Shown in pieces: positions 1-10,496 of a DNA stretch of 64,000 nt. Numbering within the stretch: the stretch's first letter is position 1; every line of letters begins with the position of its first letter. Position numbers and translations under genes: made by a program. Source of the DNA: Planctomycetota bacterium (GTDB taxonomy: Bacteria > Planctomycetota > Planctomycetia > Planctomycetales > Planctomycetaceae). The notes below the pieces were generated by a model that was not told the origin of the DNA, did not search any database, and saw nothing but the letters and a program-made list of their open reading frames with translations. The stretch lies in contig JACTNB010000027.1 of assembly GCA_014584345.1 (NCBI GenBank), positions 5,785 through 69,784 of the forward strand, given 5' to 3'.

Positions 1-47
1 AGAGTGTCCACAACCCACACAAAACAGTGAACTAGAGGAGCGTTTCC

Positions 48-1190
<1,143 letters not shown>

Positions 1191-1222
1191 TCTTCCGCCA
1201 TTCCTGGCTGATGCAATCACCG

Positions 1223-1258
1223 AAACCGTCTGGGCTGTTTGGCCCCGGCGGTTTTTTT
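1223..1258 (+). terminator. Rho-independent terminator after the DUF1559 gene
   Basis: aaaccgtctgggc-tgttt-ggccccggcggttt stem with G-U pairs, followed by a T-tract. Confidence 0.7.
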
Positions 1259-1440
1259 CGTGGAGACTGCCGACTGTGTCTGGATATTCCGCGGGGGATC
1301 GAGCAGAATGACTGTTGAGGTAACCAGGGTCGCGCGAGATTGCTATTCCGGATGAGAGGAGGAAACACTTTATGGGAGGAATGTCCTCCCCGGGTGGACC
1401 TGTGCGATCCGCGAGTTTTTCCCGTAGGCAAGGGGCGGAA

Positions 1441-2358
1441 ATGATCAATCCGGACGAAGTGGAAGCCGAGGCGGCACCGTTGAATGATCCGTCGGCGCTG
1501 GCGCGGTTTGGTCGGCTCGACGTCGTCGCGCGGCTCATCGTGGAAGGCTACATGATGGGTCAGCACAAAAGCCCGTTCAAGGGGAGTAGTGTCGAGTTCG
1601 TGGAGCATCGGCAGTATTACCCCGGAGATGAAATTCGCCACATCGACTGGCGCGCCTACGGCAAAACGGGCAAGTATTACGTCAAGGAATACGAAGAAGA
1701 AACGAATCTGCGATGTTATCTGCTGCTGGATGCCTCTGGCAGCATGGGGTATGGGCAATCGACAATCAGCAAATTCGCATATGCCCGGCAAATGGCGGCG
1801 GCGCTGGCCTATCTGCTGATTCAGCAGCGGGACGCGGTCGGGTTGTGTCTGTTCGACAATAAACTGCGGGAACTGATCGAACCCTCGATGAACGCCATGC
1901 AGTTTCCCAGGCTCATTCAGGCCCTGGAAAACACAAAACCGGGGCGAGAAACCAGCCTGGCGGGGGTCTTTCAGGAGATCATTCCCCGGTTGAAACGCCG
2001 CAGTCTGATCATCCTGTTGAGCGATTTATACGACGAAATTGAACCCCTGCAGGCCGCCCTCAAACGGTTTCGGCATTATCATCACGAGGTGATTCTCATG
2101 CAGATTGCCGCGCCGGAGGAGGAGGAGTTTCCCTTCAGCCGCCCGACGCAATTTCACAATCTGGAAAACGAGCGGGAGCGGCTGCTGGTCGATCCTCATC
2201 GGCTGCGCAAGCATTATCTCGAACAATATCAGGCATTTATGCAACGAGTCGAACAGATTTGCAGCAAAACCAACGTGGATTATGTCAAGGTCCGCACCAG
2301 CGACTCCTTCGCCGAAACACTGGGACGTTACTTGGCGTATCGTGCTCGTCGCCAATAA
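1441..2358 (+). CDS. DUF58 domain protein (MoxR/vWA-associated family)
   Basis: GQHKSPFKGSSVEFVEHRQYYPGDEIRHIDWR..K..YVKEYEEETN..LLLDASGSM and IILLSDL motifs; start placed at MINPDE (ORF track opens at 1372). Confidence 0.92.
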   Translation: MINPDEVEAEAAPLNDPSALARFGRLDVVARLIVEGYMMGQHKSPFKGSSVEFVEHRQYYPGDEIRHIDWRAYGKTGKYYVKEYEEETNLRCYLLLDASGSMGYGQSTISKFAYARQMAAALAYLLIQQRDAVGLCLFDNKLRELIEPSMNAMQFPRLIQALENTKPGRETSLAGVFQEIIPRLKRRSLIILLSDLYDEIEPLQAALKRFRHYHHEVILMQIAAPEEEEFPFSRPTQFHNLENERERLLVDPHRLRKHYLEQYQAFMQRVEQICSKTNVDYVKVRTSDSFAETLGRYLAYRARRQ

Positions 2359-2518
2359 CAGGCCCGGAATGACAGAAGTCATCAGCATGGCAGGGCCCCG
2401 TCGCATCCGCTGCGCACAGTTCGGAGACTCGCTTTGCCCAGCAGTCCCATCATGAGAGATAATACCAGGAGGGCCAATGTTTGCCCTTCCACTATACCTT
2501 GCTGCTGGAGAGGTTGCC

Positions 2519-2773
2519 ATGTTCCATCAACAGAGTTCCCGCTGGCGGGCAGATCAGATGCACGGCGAATTGCGCGTCCGCATTAAGGGGGATGATGTTT
2601 GCAAGCAACTGACTTCCAAGCTGACGCGGACCGGCGTGGAAGTCGGCAATCGCGAAGTTTCCCAGGCAGGGCGTCCCTACTTCGAATATCGTATTATCGT
2701 ATGCTCGCCCAGTCAGTATGCGAAGGTGTTTCGCATCATCGAGTCGACCGTGGGAGTGGAACTGCTGGAATGA
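2519..2773 (+). CDS. small hypothetical protein (84 aa), possibly a ferredoxin/ACT-like alpha-beta fold
   Basis: GGAGAGG RBS before ATG 2519; protein-like composition; same orientation as DUF58. Confidence 0.55.
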   Translation: MFHQQSSRWRADQMHGELRVRIKGDDVCKQLTSKLTRTGVEVGNREVSQAGRPYFEYRIIVCSPSQYAKVFRIIESTVGVELLE

Positions 2774-2982
2774 AGCGGTCGCGGGGGAGGATTTTCGAAG
2801 GGCATGCTGTGCGTACCACGGATTGCGTGTTGCATTAAGTTCCACTCCAGCGGACGCCGCGTTGGGCGAGTGATATTCGCGATGATGCGCCCCTCGCGGC
2901 CTGTTTGCTGCAGGCCATCGTCAGTTTTCGCGGCTCGTATTGTGCACGAGCGGTTCGCGGCAGCTCAGATGTCCTGGTTGTT

Positions 2983-3900
2983 TCATGGGAGATGGCGGTG
3001 TAGTGCGGCCTGGCACATGCGATCGCACAGTTCCGGCATGGACCAGCCGAACTGGGCTGCTGCCATCGGCACGGTGCTCTGGTCGGTCAAGCCGGGGAGG
3101 GTGTTGACTTCCAGCACCCAGGCCTTACCCGCATGATCGAGGATGAGATCGACTCTTGCCAGATTACATGCACCCACGGCCCGGTAAGCGGCGCGTGCGG
3201 TGTGGATCAGCTCGTGCCGAATCTCCGGGGCCAGGGGGGGATCGATATGAAACCGGGTCGCCGGATCGCCGTATTTCGCGTGATAATCGTAGAACTGCTG
3301 GGCTGGTTCGACGAAAATCAGCGGGAACGTGACTTCGTCGAACAAAGCGACCGTCCATTCCGCCCCTGTCACGGCCTGTTCGACCAGGCCTGTCTGATCG
3401 TATTTCAGAGCTCGAGGGACGGCCTCGAGCAGTTGGGAACGATCCCGCGCGGGAGAGACTCCCAAGCTGGATCCCTGGGCATTGGGTTTGACATAGACCG
3501 GAAACCCCAGCTTTTCCGCGTGCAGCAGAATTTTTTCCGGCGTGTCCGCCGAGGTAAACGCGACGCAGGCGGGCGTGGCGACATCGCAATCGCGAAATCT
3601 CTTCTTTGCCAGCAGTTTATGGAATGCGAGGCGCGAGGCTTCCGGTCCGCTGCCGGTGTACGGCAGGTGTTGCTGTTCGAGCAGGCTTTGCACCTGTCCA
3701 TCTTCGCCGTATGTGCCATGCAGCGCCAGGAACACGACATCGCAATCGGGCAGGGAGGTGGTCGATAGCGGCTGCTCCGCGGGATCGAGGCAAACCACGT
3801 GGTGGCCTTGCGCTTCGAGGGCCCGCAGGACATTCTTCCCGCTACGAAGACTGATCTCCCGCTCGGCTGATGTGCCACCCAGTAACAGCAAAATATTCAT
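2983..3900 (-). CDS. ddl: D-alanine--D-alanine ligase
   Basis: LLLGGTSAEREISLRSG, FLALHGTYGEDG, VKPNAQGSSLGV, FYDYHAKY omega loop, RVD..LEVNTLPGLT. Confidence 0.96.
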   Translation of the reverse strand: MNILLLLGGTSAEREISLRSGKNVLRALEAQGHHVVCLDPAEQPLSTTSLPDCDVVFLALHGTYGEDGQVQSLLEQQHLPYTGSGPEASRLAFHKLLAKKRFRDCDVATPACVAFTSADTPEKILLHAEKLGFPVYVKPNAQGSSLGVSPARDRSQLLEAVPRALKYDQTGLVEQAVTGAEWTVALFDEVTFPLIFVEPAQQFYDYHAKYGDPATRFHIDPPLAPEIRHELIHTARAAYRAVGACNLARVDLILDHAGKAWVLEVNTLPGLTDQSTVPMAAAQFGWSMPELCDRMCQAALHRHLP

Positions 3901-3945
3901 GCGGGAATCCATTCCGGTTCGTATTCAGTGCGAAGTCATCTCGAA

Positions 3946-5499
3946 TCAGACGAGGCCGAAATTCTCGGCGATCATTTTCCAGGCGAACGGAACACCCAGG
4001 TACAGGCCGTAACCGATCGCGCCCACAATGGCCAGCCAAATCATCAGGCTAATCCACCCGAAGGTGCCGTCCTTGATGTTTTCCAGCAGTCGCCACCACT
4101 TTCTGCGGCCATGTTGCTTGTCGAGCTTATTGTACAGGGCCTGCATGTCTTGCTTGCGTTTGCCCTGGGCTTTTTCCATCAGGATTTCCTCGACCTGTTT
4201 CTTAAAGGCAGGGACGGAACCGATCGAAACCATGGGGGCGTTTTGATTCTTGGTGACTTGCGACAGTTCGTTCAACATGCGGGTTGCCAAGCCGCGATGG
4301 ACCTGATCGGTGGTCATCCGCTTGACCTGCTGCGAGCCGGCGCGGTCGGTGAATTTCACAAACCAGACATCCTTGGACTCCTGGGCCTTCTCGCGTTTTT
4401 GCTGTTCCGCTTCCTCGCGCGACGATTTGGGAAGGCTGATGGTTTTTTCGTGGCCACTCACTCTGGTTGCGTTCCCCGTCGCCACGACACTTGTCGTCGC
4501 CGTTCCCAGCACAACCTTTTCGTTGGAGTCGATAAAACCGAGCGAGGGGTTTTCCAGCCCGAGTGCCAGCAGGTCCGTCAGCAGTTCATCGCAACTCTGG
4601 TAGCGGTGCTGAGGGTCCTTGGCAATCATTTTATCGATCATCAGGTCGAGCTTTTCGGGGACGTCCTTGTTCAGTCGGGCTGCCGGCGTGAATTTCCCTT
4701 TTTCCTTGTTCAGGATCAGTTCCATGGCGGAATCACCGGTGAAGGGGGGGGCACCGGTCAGGAATTTGTAGAGCGTACAGCCCAAGGCGTAGATATCGCT
4801 ACGGAGATCGACGTATTTGGCATTGCGGGCCTGTTCAGGGGGCATGTAGAGCGGTGTTCCCATGCCGGTTCCCGATTGTGTCATCGAGTTGTCTTCGTCG
4901 ACAGCCTTGGCCAATCCCAGGTCGGCGACCTTCACGGCTCCGTTTTTCGTGACGAGAATGTTATCGGGCTTGATGTCACGATGGATCAGGTTCATCTTGT
5001 GGGCATGGGCCAAGGCCTGGGCGCACACAATCGTCACGTGCAATGCATCGCCGACCGAGAGCGTCTTGAGGGTATCGATCCAGTTCTGCATGCTGCAGCC
5101 ATCGATGAATTCCATGGCGACATAATACGTTCCCTTGAATTCCCCGACGGCGTAACAGCGGACCACGCTGGGGTGCTCGATTTTCGCCATGACCCGCGCT
5201 TCGCGGATGAATCGCTGGACGAAATCCTGCTTTTTGGCGATCTCGGGAGACATCACCTTCAAGGCGCAGGGACGATCGAGGCTGACCTGATGAGCCAGAT
5301 AGACGGCCCCCATGCCTCCCTGGCCCAGCTTCTTCACGATTTTGAAGTCGCCCAACTGCTGGGATTTCTTCTGCTCTGGCGCGTCGGGTTTTCTGGCCGT
5401 TTGTTGTTGGGCGGTCTCGGGGGAACTCACGGGGGTCCCCTCGGCCGAGGCGGCCACGGTGGCATCGAGAGGGGAACGGGAGGCTTCGTTATCAGTCAT
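3946..5499 (-). CDS. Hanks-type Ser/Thr protein kinase with C-terminal membrane anchor
   Basis: [48 protein letters not shown]; hydrophobic helix near the C-terminus. Confidence 0.96.
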   Translation of the reverse strand: MTDNEASRSPLDATVAASAEGTPVSSPETAQQQTARKPDAPEQKKSQQLGDFKIVKKLGQGGMGAVYLAHQVSLDRPCALKVMSPEIAKKQDFVQRFIREARVMAKIEHPSVVRCYAVGEFKGTYYVAMEFIDGCSMQNWIDTLKTLSVGDALHVTIVCAQALAHAHKMNLIHRDIKPDNILVTKNGAVKVADLGLAKAVDEDNSMTQSGTGMGTPLYMPPEQARNAKYVDLRSDIYALGCTLYKFLTGAPPFTGDSAMELILNKEKGKFTPAARLNKDVPEKLDLMIDKMIAKDPQHRYQSCDELLTDLLALGLENPSLGFIDSNEKVVLGTATTSVVATGNATRVSGHEKTISLPKSSREEAEQQKREKAQESKDVWFVKFTDRAGSQQVKRMTTDQVHRGLATRMLNELSQVTKNQNAPMVSIGSVPAFKKQVEEILMEKAQGKRKQDMQALYNKLDKQHGRRKWWRLLENIKDGTFGWISLMIWLAIVGAIGYGLYLGVPFAWKMIAENFGLV

Positions 5500-5849
5500 G
5501 AGGATACCTCTGGATGAATACCAGGCAATGCAGGACCAAGGCCGCTTGGAGGCGGTGAATTATTGCAATACGAAGGAAACAGTCCACAAGTGGTGAGCCT
5601 GGGATGGAAAAGCAACACGTAATCCTTGGTACGCAAAGTGCGTACCCTTCGATAAATTCACGACCTTGCCGCGGAAACTCGCGACTTCTATATACTCAGC
5701 GGGAACCTGCGACTGGATCGCAAGCTTCCCAGTGGCCCGCCCTCACACGTAAAAAATCAGCAGAAATGTGTCGGAAACCATTCCAGGCCGACCAGGCCTC
5801 GCGGGAGAGGTTTCCTGCATAGGGTCTCGTTGACTTCAGGAATTCCGGT

Positions 5850-7976
5850 TCACCGGCCATTGGCCTGGACCGGGACCAGCCAAATGGCATCGGCAATGAC
5901 ATAACCATCCGCGTTGGCGTTGGAAATCGTCACGCTTCCGACCTGTTCGTTCGAAAATTCGTATGCCCCCAGGGAAACAAACACCTTGTTGATATAGGGT
6001 GCTTTTTTCTGGTTGACGTCCAGTGTTTCCAATCCCTGCCGATGTTCGATCTCGACAGTGGCATTGCTGGCCCGATTGGAGTTGGGAGGATAGGCGAGCC
6101 GGACTTCGTACTTGCCGGAATTCGCCACGGTGAATTCGAACCGGGCCGACTTGCTCCCCTGGCCGGCGTTGCCATCATGCAGGTATTCCGTGCCGACGTA
6201 CGCCTGGGCCGCCTGGCTGGCGACCCATTCGCCCGTCAGCTTGGCCTGGGCGTTGTCGAGTACTAGGCCTGGCAAGCTCTTGGGGTCGATATTGAGTTTC
6301 GGTTCGCGATAGGGACCGGAGTATTCCAACACCTGGCCCTCCTTGAGCAGTTGGGTCCGGAGGAGTTCGTAGTCGATATCCTGAATCGCAATGCCCCGTT
6401 CCAGCGCCTGGGCCGCGGCGGCGGCGGCGGAATGTCCGAGAATCATGAACACGGGTTCCATGCGAATGGAACCGTAGGCGATATGCGACGACGAAAGGCA
6501 GACCGGCACCAGCAGGTTGACGCACTCCTGCTTCCGGGGGACGATGGCGCGGTAGCTGACGGGATATGGTCCACCGGGGTTGACTTGAATGTCCCCCTCG
6601 TTGCGGGCAAAGCCCTCGGGGGTGACGTAGCGCTGCACGTTGTGGGAATCCATGTTGTAGGACCCCATGCCGATGGCATCCGGTGTCGGCTGCTGGCGTC
6701 GCAGGTGAGGTTCGGCCATGACGAAATCGGAAACCATGCGTCGGGCCTCGCGGATATAGAGTTGGTGTGGCCAGTGGTTGTTATCGAGGAATTCGTCCTT
6801 GGCGAGACCCCATTGATTCATCTGATTCTGGATCGGGGCGGGGACCCGGGGATCGTTCGCCAGGAACCACATCAGGCCCAGTTGGTAAGCGGTGTGTTCC
6901 TGGATGATCCGTTCCCGCGTGGCGTAATCTCCATCGGGATAGTCGTAATTCATGCCGATGTTGTCAGTGGAAAAGGCCCCGTGGTTATTAGTATCGGTTT
7001 TGCGATTGGGGATTACGTCGAACTTTCGGAAGACGCCTGCCCAACCGGTGGCCAGGTAACGGGCCAGCAGTTCGTAGCGGAGCGGGTCGTAGTTTTCGGG
7101 TTTGGGGAAGGGGACACGATTGTCGGGATGGTTGGACAGGCACATCCGAAAGCAATATGCCTGCACGCGATGATCCCCCTCGCAATCTTCGCCGGGGTCT
7201 TCGCCATGGACTCCGGGAAGCAAGCCGCTGCTGGGATTGCCGGGCACGATATACGGGCTGACGGGCGCCTCGAATTGGTGACTGATCGTCCTCGCCTTCT
7301 GGATCCCGTTCAGGGTTTCACCATATTGGGCGCACGGTTCCCGCCCGATCGTGTACTGAACTTGGGCGAGCGCCATCAGGTCCCCTTCGTAGGTGGCATC
7401 GATGAAGCAGCGGCCACGAAACCGCAGGCCCGATTCCATCTTCACTTCCTTAAGTTCCGCGCCCGATTTGACGACCCCCTGCTTCAGGTCGAGACGTTCC
7501 CCGCGATAAACGGGAATTTTGTATTCACGGACCAGATCTTCAAACACCCGCTCGGCGATATGCGGCTCGAACGCCCAGATCGCTTTTTCGTTTTTGCGAT
7601 AGAGCGTGTAATCTTCCGGATTTTGCCACTTCCAGGTTTCGGGCTTGTCGTATTCACGTTTGACACGTTCGTAGTATTCCAGCGCGATGCCGCCGATCAC
7701 GCTTTTCACGCCGCTGTCGGTCCAACCCAGTCCCCCGGAGGTCAAGCCCCCCAGGTGCTGGCCCGGTTCAATGACCACAACGGATTTATGGAGTCGAACG
7801 AGTTCCACGGCGGCGGCGATCCCCGCCGAGGTTCCCCCGTAAATCACAACATCAGCTTCGTGCACTTGCGATTTTTCCGCTGCCCAGGTTGATTGTTCGG
7901 TGAGAGGGAGAGTCGCGCCCGTCATGAGGCAGGCAGTCATCAGCCAGGAAAATATCGCACTCAATGGGCTACGCAT
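5850..7976 (-). CDS. secreted FAD-dependent oxidoreductase (FAD_oxidored family) with C-terminal golvesin/xanthan-lyase CBD-like domain
   Basis: signal peptide; DVVIYGGTSAGIAAA, HLGGLTSGGLG, FIDATYEGDL, YIREARRM, GSIRMEP; C-terminal LDNAQAKLTGEW..YLHDGN..GKYEVRLAY..NRASN..V.IEH. Confidence 0.85.
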   Translation of the reverse strand: MRSPLSAIFSWLMTACLMTGATLPLTEQSTWAAEKSQVHEADVVIYGGTSAGIAAAVELVRLHKSVVVIEPGQHLGGLTSGGLGWTDSGVKSVIGGIALEYYERVKREYDKPETWKWQNPEDYTLYRKNEKAIWAFEPHIAERVFEDLVREYKIPVYRGERLDLKQGVVKSGAELKEVKMESGLRFRGRCFIDATYEGDLMALAQVQYTIGREPCAQYGETLNGIQKARTISHQFEAPVSPYIVPGNPSSGLLPGVHGEDPGEDCEGDHRVQAYCFRMCLSNHPDNRVPFPKPENYDPLRYELLARYLATGWAGVFRKFDVIPNRKTDTNNHGAFSTDNIGMNYDYPDGDYATRERIIQEHTAYQLGLMWFLANDPRVPAPIQNQMNQWGLAKDEFLDNNHWPHQLYIREARRMVSDFVMAEPHLRRQQPTPDAIGMGSYNMDSHNVQRYVTPEGFARNEGDIQVNPGGPYPVSYRAIVPRKQECVNLLVPVCLSSSHIAYGSIRMEPVFMILGHSAAAAAAQALERGIAIQDIDYELLRTQLLKEGQVLEYSGPYREPKLNIDPKSLPGLVLDNAQAKLTGEWVASQAAQAYVGTEYLHDGNAGQGSKSARFEFTVANSGKYEVRLAYPPNSNRASNATVEIEHRQGLETLDVNQKKAPYINKVFVSLGAYEFSNEQVGSVTISNANADGYVIADAIWLVPVQANGR

Positions 7977-8409
7977 TGTGAAAAAATCCTTCGTCGATTT
8001 ATATGAAGCAAGAATCGTTCGGAATGGAACTGGATTGCATGATCAATAGTTTAAGCAACCCGCGCGGCACTGTCACACCGCAAAGCAGGGATTGATGCGT
8101 TCCCTGGAGGAATTTTTTGCGTAAATGCTGAATTCGTGTTCATTCCCGAGGGGGAATTCGGAATAGCAAAATTTCGCGGAAATTATATGCTGTCGCAATT
8201 GCTCGCACGAGCAGAGGCGCGCTTTCTGGCGTACCGCAATTTTCCGCGGGGGAACGTAGACAGGCTGTGATTTTATTGAATTTGCTTGCAATGCATTGCA
8301 GCATGCAAGGTCCGCAGCGCGTACCATGCGAACAAATCACGGAATGGCGGTGTGCCCTACGGGCCAGCTCGGTTTCGCGAACGGGCTGCTGCCGTGTGGG
8401 AAATGCCCG

Positions 8410-10116
8410 TTAAAGGTTTTCCTCTGCGAACTTGGCAACCGCCAGTCCGAGGAACCGGAGCATGCCTGGCTCCACGCGCAGGGTGCCGAGTAATTGGTCG
8501 TTCTCGAACTTATTTGTGACTTCGAGATAGTCATCCCCCTGCGAAAAGGCCTCAACCAGCATGCCGCGGAGTTCTGGCCGGTCCTTGTTGGGCTTGAGCG
8601 TATTGAGCGCCTTGGCAAACGGTTCCATGTGCCCCTTGAACGTGAGGCAGTAGGGAAGGGGGTGTGGTTCGGGTTGCTCGTTGATTTGACGGGCTGTGGT
8701 TCGCAGCCATTCCAGGGAATTATCGCCAAAACCGACCAGCAGGAGTTTATCGCTGGTGGCAACGTTGATTTTGCAGGGAACACCGAATAACGATTCCAGC
8801 ATCGAGGGGACTTTGTCCTGCATGAGAATTTCATGAAACTGAAAGTCCTGCTCGCTGGCAACGTTCATTTTCACCTCGAAGCGAGAGTGAATCTGTGGGA
8901 ACAGCTTCACGATTTCGTCGACATCGCGACCATTGAGGAGTTGCACACCGCCGATCGCCTCGTGGAGTTTGGGGTTCTGTCCCTTGCGCACTTCCATGAA
9001 GGCATCGAACATGCCCAGTTCAAACCCTTTTTCGAGCAGGGCCATCACTTTTTGCACTGCCAGCTTGCTGGCCTGCTTTTGCTTGTCGTCCATCTCCTTG
9101 TTGGTATCGATTTTTTGATTGATGACCGGCAGATAGGCCTGGTAGGTAGCGGCAAGTCGCTTTTGCTGAGGAAGACTGACAGGGATTTGCAGGCGTCCCG
9201 TGGCGACAAATTTTTCCGTCTCCGGGATCCGAGTGAAGCGGCTTTTTAACTGGGGAATCTGCTTAAGATTTTCGTCGAGACTGGTGCCGGGCGTCGCGGT
9301 CAAAATCAGATTGCCACGGCCTTCCTTTTTTTCCACGTCGGTCACCCAGCCCGCTTCAAGGGTGTCCAGTTCCGCGTAGAGATTCTGGAACTTTTCCAGT
9401 TGATTCGTCGCGAGCAACTTGCGAAGGTTATATTCGTCGGGAGACTCGGTCGATTTCTTTTTCACTTCGGCTAGCGCGTTGGCGATGACCTGTTTCAGGC
9501 TGTTGCGTCGACGTTCCACTCCTTCGAGAGGGTGATCGATTTTCACGGCGGCATCATACTTGGGGGCAGTGATGTCCTTGATGGCCTCTCCTGGACCGGG
9601 CAGATCCGCGGGAATGATCTGCAGCCATTCCTTGGGAGCAAAGACGGAATAGTTGTTCAAGATCCGCATTTGCCCTTCAAAAGCCGATTCCAGGCGATAT
9701 AGATTCTTGCCGATAGCCGCACTCGTAATGCCCAGGGCATCCAAATTGTTGCGGAAACTCGGCAGATCCGTGATGGGGAAGTACGGGCGATAGTATTCAG
9801 CCTGTTTTTCGTCAAAAAACAAATCCATCCGTACTGGCTTAGTGCGATCGACGCCATCGAGGAACAGTTCGATATTCGGCTCGATATCGTTGCCCCATTG
9901 CTTTTGTTTCTTGGCAAGTACCTTGACCATGTATTCCATGTCGGCCATCAGGCTATCGGCACTGGATAGCGTGAAAATGATCTTGTCTTCGCCCGCAGGG
10001 TCGGCAGCGGCAGAACGGGAGCAGGGGATCAGGCAGCCACAGCAGATTAACAGGAATGCGGTCCATTTCCGGGCGCCCCGCATACATGGGGCGATGACCT
10101 GATTTCTTACCATCAT
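8410..10116 (-). CDS. secreted hypothetical protein (planctomycete-type)
   Basis: long ORF; signal-peptide-like MMVRNQ...FLLICCGCLIPCSRSAAA from ATG 10116 (ORF track opens at 10230). Confidence 0.8.
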   Translation of the reverse strand: MMVRNQVIAPCMRGARKWTAFLLICCGCLIPCSRSAAADPAGEDKIIFTLSSADSLMADMEYMVKVLAKKQKQWGNDIEPNIELFLDGVDRTKPVRMDLFFDEKQAEYYRPYFPITDLPSFRNNLDALGITSAAIGKNLYRLESAFEGQMRILNNYSVFAPKEWLQIIPADLPGPGEAIKDITAPKYDAAVKIDHPLEGVERRRNSLKQVIANALAEVKKKSTESPDEYNLRKLLATNQLEKFQNLYAELDTLEAGWVTDVEKKEGRGNLILTATPGTSLDENLKQIPQLKSRFTRIPETEKFVATGRLQIPVSLPQQKRLAATYQAYLPVINQKIDTNKEMDDKQKQASKLAVQKVMALLEKGFELGMFDAFMEVRKGQNPKLHEAIGGVQLLNGRDVDEIVKLFPQIHSRFEVKMNVASEQDFQFHEILMQDKVPSMLESLFGVPCKINVATSDKLLLVGFGDNSLEWLRTTARQINEQPEPHPLPYCLTFKGHMEPFAKALNTLKPNKDRPELRGMLVEAFSQGDDYLEVTNKFENDQLLGTLRVEPGMLRFLGLAVAKFAEENL

Positions 10117-10496
10117 TGGCTGCAATTTCCCTGGTTTATAAGTTGACGGAAAGGCTAGGTGTCCTTGTTTCACCTCCCGTGATGATTGCGGACGAGCAGG
10201 ATCGTATTCCCTCACACTCTCTCCTGGCAATCAAGTCACGATAGGCAGTTTATTCAACAACCAGGAATCCGGGAAGTCCTATCGGAAGGGATTTAAGGCC
10301 CCATTTTCCAGGAATTCCTGAACATTTACCTGAAAAAATGGGGAAATGCACGCAAGGCGCTGCCGTTGGTGGGCAAAGTAACAGACCTCCGCGAACCTGC
10401 CGATGCCAGCTCGTTTGTAAGTCACATGGGAGTGGACATGCGTATTGGATCGACTGCGAAGGTCGTGCGCAGGAAATCCCAGGTTCGCCTTGGGAA

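Noticed and set aside
3928-5517. 529-aa plus-strand ORF
   Set aside because: Antisense shadow of the kinase gene; no motifs, and such shadows are typical of high-GC codon bias.
6351-7892. 513-aa plus-strand ORF
   Set aside because: Antisense shadow of the FAD oxidoreductase.
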